A stretch of 64,000 nucleotides of DNA, from contig JAZLBQ010000012.1 in NCBI GenBank assembly GCA_045613785.1, forward strand, positions 55,364 through 119,363, in the 5' to 3' direction. The notes under the pieces were generated by a model. That model was not told the origin of the DNA, searched no databases, and was given only the letters and a program-made list of their open reading frames with translations. This document shows, in pieces, positions 54,037 through 64,000 of the stretch. The first letter of the stretch is position 1. Each line of letters opens with the position of its first letter. A program made the translations under genes and the position numbers. Origin of the DNA: Candidatus Enterousia sp. (GTDB lineage Bacteria > Pseudomonadota > Alphaproteobacteria > Rs-D84).

Positions 54037-54425
54037 CTTACCTTCCTTTTTCTTCCATTGATTAAATCAGAAAAATACGGTGCAAAATGTGTCGCATTAT
54101 CTAACAAACGTTGTTCTGAAATTTTTGGTGCATTTCGATAAAATACGGGTTCATCAACAATAATCTTGTTCCCCTGATGAGTCCACATCAAGTTATTTTC
54201 ATATTTATCGATTTTAATATCTTTTGCATGAACCCGATAAATTATTGTCCAAACAACATTTTTTGGGTCTAAGACACATCTTTGTGATTCTTCTAATATT
54301 GTCTGTGCGACGTCTTTACTTGCACAAATATAAACAGGCATACCAGCGTCGCACCACTGTTCGCCACGTGCAACAACATTATTCGAATTGCCTAACATAT
54401 AGCCAACTATTTTACCTTTTTTCAT
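54033..54425 (-). CDS. hypothetical protein
   Basis: Start MKKGKIVG; stop overlaps next ATG. Confidence 0.55.
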   Translation of the reverse strand: MKKGKIVGYMLGNSNNVVARGEQWCDAGMPVYICASKDVAQTILEESQRCVLDPKNVVWTIIYRVHAKDIKIDKYENNLMWTHQGNKIIVDEPVFYRNAPKISEQRLLDNATHFAPYFSDLINGRKRKVR

Positions 54426-54438
54426 AACTAAAATACCT

Positions 54439-54786
54439 TTATTCACACTTAACCAACCATACATCATAGTCAGGGTGTTGCAACGGATTTTGACCTGGCT
54501 CATTACGGTTCATCCAGTTGCCAAAAATCTGTCCTTTTGTTTTTTCAGCGATTTCAACAAAGGCAAAATGATTTTCCGCCTGAAAAGGGTCTGTTTGTTT
54601 ACACGCCCGAACATTTATATACAGTTTATCAAAAGCAATTTCATTGCCAACTGGAATGCTTATTTGCTGCACTTTTCCTGCATCTTTATCCATTATACGC
54701 ATAACTGCGACATCACGATTGACATATGCTACCGCCATACCGGGCAGGGCACAAAAAAACAGCAAAGGAAATAACAATTTTTTCAT
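54439..54786 (-). CDS. DUF2155 secreted protein
   Basis: MDK..GK, VRAC, AFVEI, FGNWM, HPDYDVWLVKC. Confidence 0.85.
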   Translation of the reverse strand: MKKLLFPLLFFCALPGMAVAYVNRDVAVMRIMDKDAGKVQQISIPVGNEIAFDKLYINVRACKQTDPFQAENHFAFVEIAEKTKGQIFGNWMNRNEPGQNPLQHPDYDVWLVKCE

Positions 54787-54880
54787 AAAGTGAATTTTAT
54801 ATTTTCTGATTTAAAATGTCAAATTGTTAAATGGCAGAAAAAATTGACAAAGACAAATTGTGTGCTAAAATCAATCCACT

Positions 54881-55813
54881 ATGTTAAAGATAACAGACGA
54901 GCAATATCAGATTTTTTCGGACACAAACAACCCCAGATTAGCATTACAAGACTATCTGGAATCTTGTATATTAGAAAAACTGTTTCAAAACGACTATTTT
55001 CGCAGAAACTTTATTTTTACTGGTGGTGCAACATTATTAAAATCGTATCAAATTGGTGGACGAATTGGCAAAGACATTGATCTGGCACTAATAAATTTTA
55101 CAGACATACCCCAGAATCGCACAAAACGTCAATTATCTAGATTTAAAAATCAGTTCAAAACATTTACATTTTCGAACATATATTCACGTGTTAATTCAAT
55201 CATTAATACAGATAAAAAGTTTGATATAATTACTGATCATGACTGGCCATCACCCGAAGACGACGAACGTCATGCATCTTCTCCTGCATTACACCTATTA
55301 TATCAATCTGAGTTTGGTGATGGACACCTGTGCCTTGAAATCAGTGCCCGTAAATATAACAAAAGTCAAATTGTTTTCCAGACGATAACGCCATATTCTA
55401 CGGGGCGTCCGCTTACAACGATACCGACAGTATCCTATCAACAAACATTTTGGGACAAGATTTTTGCACTACATTCTAATGCAACCAGCAAAAAACCACA
55501 TACAGATAAATCGTATGCACGTCATTATTATGATGTATCGATTCTTGCAGACAAAACAGATATTGATAAAACTTATCATCTATTATCCAAAACGATAGCA
55601 TACCAAATGGTTCACACAACCAGGATAATACAACCACTAAATGCCACCGACATCATATTATTGCCAGACGATAAAACTTTATATCAGTTATCAGATGACT
55701 ATTATGCAATGTCTGGGACATTTATTAAACCACAAACGTCTTGGAACGATATAGTTCAACGTTTACAAACACTAAACCAAGAAATTAAAACACTAACAAG
55801 CAAGGGGAAATAA
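54881..55813 (+). CDS. AbiEii/AbiGii-family nucleotidyltransferase (type IV toxin-like), divergent
   Basis: FIFTGGATLLKSY..RIGKDIDL, TFWDKI, RHYYD. Confidence 0.75.
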   Translation: MLKITDEQYQIFSDTNNPRLALQDYLESCILEKLFQNDYFRRNFIFTGGATLLKSYQIGGRIGKDIDLALINFTDIPQNRTKRQLSRFKNQFKTFTFSNIYSRVNSIINTDKKFDIITDHDWPSPEDDERHASSPALHLLYQSEFGDGHLCLEISARKYNKSQIVFQTITPYSTGRPLTTIPTVSYQQTFWDKIFALHSNATSKKPHTDKSYARHYYDVSILADKTDIDKTYHLLSKTIAYQMVHTTRIIQPLNATDIILLPDDKTLYQLSDDYYAMSGTFIKPQTSWNDIVQRLQTLNQEIKTLTSKGK

Positions 55814-55817
55814 CATC

Positions 55818-56342
55818 ATGGCAAAATATGTTTTTTCTGACCCACATTTTGATTCTGAATCTATCATTGTGAACGGCTGCCGTCCATTTTCATCTGTATC
55901 CGAAATGAACGAAACCTTGATAAAGAACTACAACAATGTCATCGGCAAACAAGATATATGCTATTGGCTAGGCGATATAATGTATGGTGCAACAAAAGAC
56001 AAAGTCGCCAATTTATTGCGTCAATTACGTGGCCGCAAATATCTAATTATGGGCAACCACGATCGTGGGCATTCTGAAACCTGGTGGCTATCATGTGGTT
56101 TTGACAAAGTTTTTTCGCATCCAATTTATGATGCAGAAAATTATATCATGCTTTCGCACGAACCACTTCCTGAATTTGGAAATCTTTCACCCATAGCAAA
56201 TATTCACGGTCATATTCACATCCAGGATTATGATTTTAAAAATCATAACAATTGTATAAATGTATGCGTTGAAAAAACAGATTATCGTCCTGTTTTATTA
56301 AACAATCCATTTTTGCAAGAACGTCGTATTTTTAGCCGATAA
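55818..56342 (+). CDS. calcineurin-like metallophosphoesterase (small, phage-type)
   Basis: SDPHF, LGDI, GNHD, SHEP, HGHIH, NVCVE. Confidence 0.88.
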   Translation: MAKYVFSDPHFDSESIIVNGCRPFSSVSEMNETLIKNYNNVIGKQDICYWLGDIMYGATKDKVANLLRQLRGRKYLIMGNHDRGHSETWWLSCGFDKVFSHPIYDAENYIMLSHEPLPEFGNLSPIANIHGHIHIQDYDFKNHNNCINVCVEKTDYRPVLLNNPFLQERRIFSR

Positions 56343-56406
56343 TTATACATAACAAAAAACAAAAAGGCATCAAGACACGTGCCAAGATATTTTTTCTAAA
56401 CAAAAT

Positions 56407-56430
56407 AAAAATCCCCCAACTGGGGGATTG
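56407..56430. terminator. bidirectional terminator
   Basis: AAAAATCCCCCA-AC-TGGGGGATT. Confidence 0.65.
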
Positions 56431-56433
56431 TTC

Positions 56434-59400
56434 TTACCATGGAACATAACCTTTTTCTTCGAAACAGTCATGGACACACTTCTTATTTTTGTTGTCCCAA
56501 TAACGTTTTCCTGTTTCGTCTGAATCTGTCGAACAGATTAAACGACACTCATTGTTTTCCAATATGTATTTTTCTCCTTGATACATACAGGCAGCGATTT
56601 CACATTCTTGCACATAACTGCTGACTGCTAAATCACCATCTGCACTATACATATTGTTGCAACGCCCGCACTGCTTCCACAGTTCATTTGTTTGACTGCG
56701 GTCATTTGTATATCCTGGATCACATTCTGTTGCGACACATTCGCCCCATGTATTTGTATTGTGATTCCACTCACGAACACCTACACCGTGTTCCAGTTCA
56801 CAAACCTGCTCGTCTGCCTGACATGTATTTTCTGACAGATGATAACCGCCTGCACACTTTGTAATAATGCATTCACCAAACGCATTTTTACTTGGGATCC
56901 ATGCTTGTGTTGCAGCAACCGCATTCGGTGCTTCACATCCTGCAACGTCTGCTTCACATGCCTGACCATTTGGATGGAAACCTGAGGCACAAGATTCGAC
57001 AACACAATTTCCATTTTGTTTATATGTAATTGCATTTTCACGTGCACAAGGCTTACATACCCCACCGATCAATTCAAAGTTATAATTGCATTCTGTCTCA
57101 ACACATACTCCATCGATGATTTCGCATGGATTACCAGTTTCTGATTTACCTTTATATTCACAATCGCTTGGATAAAAGGCTTTTTCTTCAACTGGCACAG
57201 CAGTTCCATTGATAACTTCGTATGGTTCACACTGCTGATAACAGTCATTTACAGTTTTTGCACCTGCATCTGACATTGTATGTGTTCCAGCTGTCAACAC
57301 TGCACAAGACTTTGGAGCACCCGGTCCATTTGGATTGTCTGGATCTGTTGGATCACAAACATATCCTTCTGGACATTCAACACAATTACCATCTTGCATT
57401 GTATATCCTGCACCACAGACCGCAACCTTACAGGTGTCTGCTATATCAGAACCAAAGTAATCACGTCCTGACATTTGTGCTGCATTACCTACAATATCGC
57501 AATCCTTATAACAGTATGCAACATCTGTTGTTCCTGAATCAGACTTAGTATGTGTTCCACCTGTTGCTTCTGCACAAGTTTTCTGTGCTCCGCTTTCACA
57601 TACATGGTCTTCTGGACAGTTGACGCACATGCCACCAACTTCCGAGAATCCAGTATCACAGCCTGTCACAACACACTGTGTGCAATTTGCAGAATATTTC
57701 TGGACACCATTGTCATAATTACATGTGTTTTCACCTGTTCCGTTTTCAACATCACATGCAACCTTTTCCAGATAGCACACATCAATTGTTGAGCTCTTAT
57801 CCGTTGGAGTCTTTCCACGGTCTGGGCATGCTGCACGACCAGTCATATTACCCGAGTTGTTATCATCAGCAACCGGACCATAGAATCCAAAGTCAACGAC
57901 CTTACATACTGTATCTGTTCTGCTTGCCCAATAATAACCACTGTTACAACGTGTCATGGTTATATCCCCGCAATTCAACAGATATCCATCGGACTTTTCT
58001 TCACCAAACAGTTTACCATCTGATGTGCTGTCATAGAAACAACCACGGATACCTGAACCATTGACAGCTGGACCTGTATAGTCAACACCTGGATATACCA
58101 TTGTCTTCTGGCATACACCATGTGCTGTGGCTGCAGTTGTTGACTTGGTTGTTCCGCCATGTGGACAATCATGACGAACCAATTCACCTTCTGGACTATA
58201 GCGATCATTGCCGACGACCGCACAATCAACCACACTAATGCTACTGTCATACCAATAACCACCCGCACACCATGCAATCTCGATGGTATCTGACTGACAA
58301 TTCTGATCATATGTCACTTCGTTTCCGTTCAAACGAGCACTACATACATATGACCCCTTAGCATTACCAGTGTCTGACACATATGAATTCATGCGTTTCA
58401 TACAATCGCCAATTTCGTCTGATGTCTCTATACCATTTGTATTTCCGTTATCTGGACACACATATGCTACCAACTCACCAACAGGGCTGAAGTTGTTCAC
58501 ACCAGCAACAACACAGTCAATTGCATTTTTGCCTTCATTATACCAATAACCACCGGCACACCATGCGATTTCAACACTATTCTTGTCGCAGTTTGTATAA
58601 CCAACTACGTCATAATTACATGTCCATGTTCCTACGGCCTTTGGCTGCGTATTTTCCGAATCCAAATATGTTGTATATGCCAATTTTTCCTTATAGCAAA
58701 CTCCGATATTTGTTGCCGAAACACCGCCAGCTGACAAGCCTTCATTTGGACATTTGTTCAAACCACCTTCGCCACCATCAGTTGGATACTTTCCAGCAGG
58801 GCAATAATGATTGGCTTTGCAGACTGCACACTGACTACCTGTGCCTGGATAGTAATATCCTGCCGCACACTGTGTCAGTCCCGTAGACCATACAACACTA
58901 GCGGTTGTGTCTTTGGTTGTCACTGTCAAAACTTCATCATTTACCTGCATTAAACCATTTGCACCGATAATAGTTACGTCGCCAATCTTATACCCAGCAA
59001 AAACATAAGCACCATCGCCTTTGGTTGGCAAGTTAGGTCCCAAGCCCTCTAATGGTTTTGTTGCCTCAGAATCTGAATACCAACCAGTTGCATATTTCAG
59101 ATAAACAGGTCCTTGATTTGCATTTGTTTCCGCATCTGCAGCACTCAAAGTAATTTTGAATACAGCAGGTGTCCAGATTGCAAACAGCTTTGTATTTGTT
59201 CCTGTCGAAGAAACATCTGTTGTTGCAGATTTTCCTGCTTCAAAGCAGACACCTGTTCCGTCGGCATTTGTGCACCATTTATTCACAGTCTTGTATCCTG
59301 CTTTGGTCAACACACTTGTTGCAGGCAATGCACATGAACCGCTACCAAACGTGCAAAGGACAGAATCAGCCACATTTCCAGCACCACCATTTTTATCCAA

Positions 59401-62400
59401 TGTAATAGTATATTCATTTGCCTTACACTGTGGAGCTGTTCCAGATATCGCTGTATATCCTACCTTACACTGAACAGTATATTGACATGCCGAGTATCCT
59501 GCAGCACCGGTTGAATAATAACTTTTGCTATATTCTTCACCAGGCGTCACGAATACAGATACGCTGTTTGCTACTGTTGGCACATATGAATTACAAGACA
59601 CATAACAGTTGGCTGCACTACTTCTTGAACCGTCTGATGCAACAGTATAATTTGTCTTGGTTGGACATGAAGTCTGATTCAGAACCTTCGCAGGGCTATA
59701 ATAACCAGATTCAACAACCTTACAGACCTTTTCATTTGCAGGGTTGTAATAACCAGCATCACATTCTGCGATATTGATATTACAGCTTGCATACGAACCG
59801 CTGTCAACAGTTCCCAACCACGTGCAATCCCATGTTGCCAACCCATTATCAAAGACCTTATCTTTATCATCACCTTCATTAAAAGTCTTATGACACGCTG
59901 TCACATCTGTCTTACCATTTTCTGTGGTCCAACCAGATTCAGGACATGTGCTACGACATCCTGTTTCTCCAACCGGAACCGTGCCTTCACCAGAGCAATA
60001 GTATGGCGCTACACATGCTTTTTCAACACCAGCCTCATAATACTTTCCTGGATTACACCATTCAACATCCTGTGTCCACCATGCATACAGCATCATATCC
60101 TCTGTATAATCCGGCTCAACCCCAGTATTAAACAAACCTTTATCGTTAAACACCTGGAAATACGTTCCCTGCATAGCATTTGGCTTCGTATAGTATCCTT
60201 TGAACGTCCAACCAGCTTTGTTAGGCACCTCGACATTGGTCAGTTGTTGTGTGGTTGCTTCGTCAAAATAGAACCCATCATTATACTTCTGATAGATATT
60301 ATAAGCAGCCACATCATTGCCGTCCGCACCATCGTTATCCATTCCAATGGTATAAACGTGTGGTGTGCACAATTCATCAGGTTCTGATGCTGAACCATTT
60401 GTCGGATCAATATCCACATCTGGATTCTTATCATATCCCGCCAAACATTCATAGTAAGAACCATTAGCTCCTGTTGCCGGACAAACAAAGACTGCAGAAG
60501 CCGACGAAGGATAAACGATATCACTTCCATAAAACTGTTGTCCCATATTTTCTTTAAAGGATTCAGAATCATAGAAACACCCAGATGAAGTCTCTGACAA
60601 AGGACACACTGGTGCTGTGCAATACAAGTCCGTCCGCTTATAACAAGCGCTACTACCATTCTCAGACGTTGCGTTAACACGCCCCATAGCAGTCACAGAA
60701 TATATGTAGTCTCCTCCTAATGTTTCACATCTTGTGCAAGCCCAATCTCCCATGATGTCACCATTGAAATAATGGTCTGTCTTACAGGTAACTTTATCAT
60801 ATGGGCATGACTTTGCGACCCCAGTCCCTAACACCACACACTTATCATCAGAGTTCGGATAAAAAACCACCCCATCAAACGTGTCTGGATTATGCGAACA
60901 TCTCAAGACAGTATTCCCCTTATCTGGACAGTCTTGTGAACACGCACAATTCGATACCTGTTTATAACAATCGCCTATTTCATCACTACCAACCTGCGAG
61001 AAAGGATATTCCGGTGGACAAGAATATTCAACTCCATCAACGCAATAGCTGTTTGCTGGACATGCACCCTCGCATTCCAAAACGCTGGCTGCATTATTCT
61101 TGCCCGTTAATGTCCCATTTGGACAACTGCTCCGTTTTGTTGAACAACCTGCGGCTGATGGTTGCAGCATTTCGCCAACACATTCAGACTGGGCAGGGCT
61201 GTAGTACCCATTTCCAACCGGCACACAATCCGTCTTGGACTGCGATGCATCATACCAATAGCCAGCAATACATGCCACAATTGTCGACTGTGGACAGTTT
61301 CTATCATATTTCTTTGAATCGTTCGAATAGAAACACTGACGACGCTGACCACTCGTGTCATTTTCATACCACAGATTATCCAGAATACAATCCTGTGCAG
61401 CCACGGACGTAGTTGTCTGGGTCGTTCCTACAGTACCTGTATCACTATTAACTGGACACTGTGTCGAAGTCAATACCTTGTCAGGGCTGTAATACCCATA
61501 TCCCACAGGTGTACATTCTATTGCCGAAGTATTTGCCGTTGCATACCCCCCAGCACAGGTAATAACAATCTTCGAAATACACATGCTGTTATATGACTTT
61601 GTGCTTTCATCATAATAACATGTCTGACTTCCCGTTGTATACTGGTTCGGTTGATAGTCAACATTTGTCGCATAACAGTTTTCAGCTGTTTTTGCATTGG
61701 CTGCCGAACTAATTGTCACCGTCAATGCCTTTCCACTTGCATCCTTGGCAGCAGTGTATGTTCCATTCAACGATGTACAACTTTCACGTCCTTGAACCTT
61801 CTGATTGTCTGTTATTGCTAAACCGCCCAAACAATAATAACCTGCTTCACAATATTTACATTCAGTGCCTGTTCCTGGATAGTAAGTCCCCGGCAAGCAA
61901 GAAATGGTTGGATTTTCGCCCCAAGCGGCCTCAATCGTTACATTGCTCATAAACGGTTGTGTATTATTTATCAATTTACCATTTTCATCGATAATAACAG
62001 TATCACCATATCTATAACCACTAAACGTCTGACCAATATATATTGGTTTTTCAACGCTTGTGATTGACTTTGTTGCACTTTCATCCGAATACCAACCTGT
62101 CGCATACTTCAAGTATATTTTCGATGTTGACGATGTTCCACCATTGTGATCCAGCGTTACAGTAAATACCTTTGGCTCACACTTATCACCATTTGCTTTA
62201 TACCCATCGTTTTTACATACCGTTTTGTACGAACATGCCGGAATGTTTGTTCCATTATACACTTCAGTCTTATTGACTGCTATCAACGTGCCATTTACCG
62301 TGGCTTTATCGCTGCATGTATTATAGCACTCTGTCGCTGCTGCCGATGTTGTTGTTGCTGTTGTCACAGTATCATCCGCACCAGACAACCTTGAACATTC

Positions 62401-64000
62401 ATTATGCACACGAACTCCCTCATTCGCACCACGATAGTATCCATAATCTACAGGAATACAGAATGGCGAATTGTCGGCAGGACGCCAATATCCCGCATTA
62501 CATGCTGTTGGCACAGTATTACAATCAGCATTATAGGCATTTGTCCCGTTCCAATTACATGTTTCCGTTCCAGTTCCTGTCTTTGTTTTGCCTGTGCTTT
62601 CAAAGATGTCAACATTTCCAGTTGCCTGACATGCAGCGATTGCGACGCTACCTGCTGGCGAAGAAACTGTTTTGCCACTTGCTGTCGGGCAGGGGCGTTC
62701 ACAGCCATTTTCGCCAGTTTCTGTTCCTGCGTTTACATTTTCTCCAGGGCAATAATATCCAGAAGAACAAGCTGTTCCATCAGATGCCTTGCCAGCAGTG
62801 CATGTATACACACCCAATGCCCAATGTGCATACAGTGTCGCACCAGAATCAGTTGTCCATGTCTTAACTGGTGTACCAGACGCATTGTAATACTGAACGC
62901 CGCCACCATTCTTTTGCGAGTATATACCCAAGAAGTTATAGTTTGTGCGTGTTGGCTTACTGATTGATGGCAAGTTCTGATTATATGTTGCCGTCACAGT
63001 CGTGGTTGTATTTGAACCAAACTTACCACCATCTGCGTCCAATGTCACAGTATATGTCTTTGCCGTGCAACTTGAGCCACTTTTCTGATAACCAGTATTA
63101 CAAGACCACGTTCCTGTTCCATCACATGTTCCGTTTGTTGGACAACTAATACATGTTCCATTTTCCAAATAATAAGTCCCAGAGCATTTTGTAGCCACAC
63201 AAGTCTTTGTTCCACCCTTGGTCACTGTTCCTGACACGCTTGCACTACCTGTAACATCAGCTGTTGTGCAGTTTCTATAACAAATCGAAGCAGTCTCACT
63301 TTTACATACATCGTATGAGCCAGATGTAAAGCCTACCACATCCGAGCAAGACTTTGAACAACTTGTGCATATGCCATTTACAGGATACTGTGTTGATGAA
63401 CAATTACACGCCCCAGCCGTTATTGAATTACATGCCTTCCATTGTGCATCAAATGTCAAAGCCGACGTGCAAGTCCCAGCAGCAACGCTTGTGACAACAT
63501 TACCAGCCGTATTTTTCCATCCATCAAATGTATAACCAGCTCTTATCACATTCGTTGGCAAGGTAAATGTTGGAGTTTCAACATTACAGGCTGTGGTATA
63601 ACCTGTATCCTTAATTTCTCCACCATTTGTGTTATATGTAATATTCTTTGCGTCACCAGATTTCCACACTGCATACAATGTCACTGTTCCAGCATTAGTT
63701 GTAGTCAGATTCTTTACGGATGCTTTATCTGCATACGCAACCGAACCTGTTGCAGACGTTGCCCAACCACTAAATGTATATCCACTGCGTGTAAATGCAT
63801 TTGCAGTCAAAGCCTTTGCTGTATCATATGTATGGCTGCTGTCGCTCATTGTGCCTGTTCCACCATTCGCATTATACTTTACAGTATATGTATTGGCGGT
63901 GCAGCTTGGGTTATATTTACCACCATTTACAATGCTGTTATAACCTGTCTTACAGCTTGTGGTATATGTGCAGACATTACCAGATACAGACAACGAACAT
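56434..64000 (-). CDS. giant Cys-rich repeat surface protein with InlB B-repeat (Flg_new) modules; 5' end beyond the window
   Basis: >2520 codons open to the window edge; YTVxYxxNGG..GYTFxGW..LYAxW modules alternate with CxxGYY(C/S)P Cys-rich units. Confidence 0.9.
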   Translation of the reverse strand, partial: CSLSVSGNVCTYTTSCKTGYNSIVNGGKYNPSCTANTYTVKYNANGGTGTMSDSSHTYDTAKALTANAFTRSGYTFSGWATSATGSVAYADKASVKNLTTTNAGTVTLYAVWKSGDAKNITYNTNGGEIKDTGYTTACNVETPTFTLPTNVIRAGYTFDGWKNTAGNVVTSVAAGTCTSALTFDAQWKACNSITAGACNCSSTQYPVNGICTSCSKSCSDVVGFTSGSYDVCKSETASICYRNCTTADVTGSASVSGTVTKGGTKTCVATKCSGTYYLENGTCISCPTNGTCDGTGTWSCNTGYQKSGSSCTAKTYTVTLDADGGKFGSNTTTTVTATYNQNLPSISKPTRTNYNFLGIYSQKNGGGVQYYNASGTPVKTWTTDSGATLYAHWALGVYTCTAGKASDGTACSSGYYCPGENVNAGTETGENGCERPCPTASGKTVSSPAGSVAIAACQATGNVDIFESTGKTKTGTGTETCNWNGTNAYNADCNTVPTACNAGYWRPADNSPFCIPVDYGYYRGANEGVRVHNECSRLSGADDTVTTATTTSAAATECYNTCSDKATVNGTLIAVNKTEVYNGTNIPACSYKTVCKNDGYKANGDKCEPKVFTVTLDHNGGTSSTSKIYLKYATGWYSDESATKSITSVEKPIYIGQTFSGYRYGDTVIIDENGKLINNTQPFMSNVTIEAAWGENPTISCLPGTYYPGTGTECKYCEAGYYCLGGLAITDNQKVQGRESCTSLNGTYTAAKDASGKALTVTISSAANAKTAENCYATNVDYQPNQYTTGSQTCYYDESTKSYNSMCISKIVITCAGGYATANTSAIECTPVGYGYYSPDKVLTSTQCPVNSDTGTVGTTQTTTSVAAQDCILDNLWYENDTSGQRRQCFYSNDSKKYDRNCPQSTIVACIAGYWYDASQSKTDCVPVGNGYYSPAQSECVGEMLQPSAAGCSTKRSSCPNGTLTGKNNAASVLECEGACPANSYCVDGVEYSCPPEYPFSQVGSDEIGDCYKQVSNCACSQDCPDKGNTVLRCSHNPDTFDGVVFYPNSDDKCVVLGTGVAKSCPYDKVTCKTDHYFNGDIMGDWACTRCETLGGDYIYSVTAMGRVNATSENGSSACYKRTDLYCTAPVCPLSETSSGCFYDSESFKENMGQQFYGSDIVYPSSASAVFVCPATGANGSYYECLAGYDKNPDVDIDPTNGSASEPDELCTPHVYTIGMDNDGADGNDVAAYNIYQKYNDGFYFDEATTQQLTNVEVPNKAGWTFKGYYTKPNAMQGTYFQVFNDKGLFNTGVEPDYTEDMMLYAWWTQDVEWCNPGKYYEAGVEKACVAPYYCSGEGTVPVGETGCRSTCPESGWTTENGKTDVTACHKTFNEGDDKDKVFDNGLATWDCTWLGTVDSGSYASCNINIAECDAGYYNPANEKVCKVVESGYYSPAKVLNQTSCPTKTNYTVASDGSRSSAANCYVSCNSYVPTVANSVSVFVTPGEEYSKSYYSTGAAGYSACQYTVQCKVGYTAISGTAPQCKANEYTITLDKNGGAGNVADSVLCTFGSGSCALPATSVLTKAGYKTVNKWCTNADGTGVCFEAGKSATTDVSSTGTNTKLFAIWTPAVFKITLSAADAETNANQGPVYLKYATGWYSDSEATKPLEGLGPNLPTKGDGAYVFAGYKIGDVTIIGANGLMQVNDEVLTVTTKDTTASVVWSTGLTQCAAGYYYPGTGSQCAVCKANHYCPAGKYPTDGGEGGLNKCPNEGLSAGGVSATNIGVCYKEKLAYTTYLDSENTQPKAVGTWTCNYDVVGYTNCDKNSVEIAWCAGGYWYNEGKNAIDCVVAGVNNFSPVGELVAYVCPDNGNTNGIETSDEIGDCMKRMNSYVSDTGNAKGSYVCSARLNGNEVTYDQNCQSDTIEIAWCAGGYWYDSSISVVDCAVVGNDRYSPEGELVRHDCPHGGTTKSTTAATAHGVCQKTMVYPGVDYTGPAVNGSGIRGCFYDSTSDGKLFGEEKSDGYLLNCGDITMTRCNSGYYWASRTDTVCKVVDFGFYGPVADDNNSGNMTGRAACPDRGKTPTDKSSTIDVCYLEKVACDVENGTGENTCNYDNGVQKYSANCTQCVVTGCDTGFSEVGGMCVNCPEDHVCESGAQKTCAEATGGTHTKSDSGTTDVAYCYKDCDIVGNAAQMSGRDYFGSDIADTCKVAVCGAGYTMQDGNCVECPEGYVCDPTDPDNPNGPGAPKSCAVLTAGTHTMSDAGAKTVNDCYQQCEPYEVINGTAVPVEEKAFYPSDCEYKGKSETGNPCEIIDGVCVETECNYNFELIGGVCKPCARENAITYKQNGNCVVESCASGFHPNGQACEADVAGCEAPNAVAATQAWIPSKNAFGECIITKCAGGYHLSENTCQADEQVCELEHGVGVREWNHNTNTWGECVATECDPGYTNDRSQTNELWKQCGRCNNMYSADGDLAVSSYVQECEIAACMYQGEKYILENNECRLICSTDSDETGKRYWDNKNKKCVHDCFEEKGYVPW

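Overview
A ~40% GC chromosomal segment, mostly housekeeping genes, from a small-genome alphaproteobacterium. Lineage markers are a permuted two-piece tmRNA, TrcR/DUF1013, DUF2155 and a TipN/GPR-like polar protein. Rubrerythrin and a giant Cys-rich InlB-repeat protein suggest an anaerobic host-associated lineage such as Rs-D84/Ca. Enterousia (inference). Core genes include ligA, a class A PBP, prfB with its programmed +1 frameshift, rpoZ, mtaB, dac, holB, smpB, tsaB/rimI/tsaD, obgE, amiC, cysS, rpoD, addA, recN and xseA, plus five tRNAs. No CRISPR array, rRNA, transposase or integrase was seen. The most notable signals are: (1) an unannotated leaderless Cys-Cys peptide with competing hairpins in front of cysS, a candidate cysteine attenuator; (2) a Lon that lacks its protease domain and ends in a KKIGF tail; (3) an antitoxin-less AbiEii-type nucleotidyltransferase coupled to a metallophosphoesterase; (4) AddA split into helicase and nuclease genes; (5) pervasive leaderless gene starts; (6) a >2500-aa Cys-rich surface protein; and (7) several collapsed gene scars and a GC-skew switch near 43-47 kb. 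All calls are from motif recognition by eye; no database searches were run.
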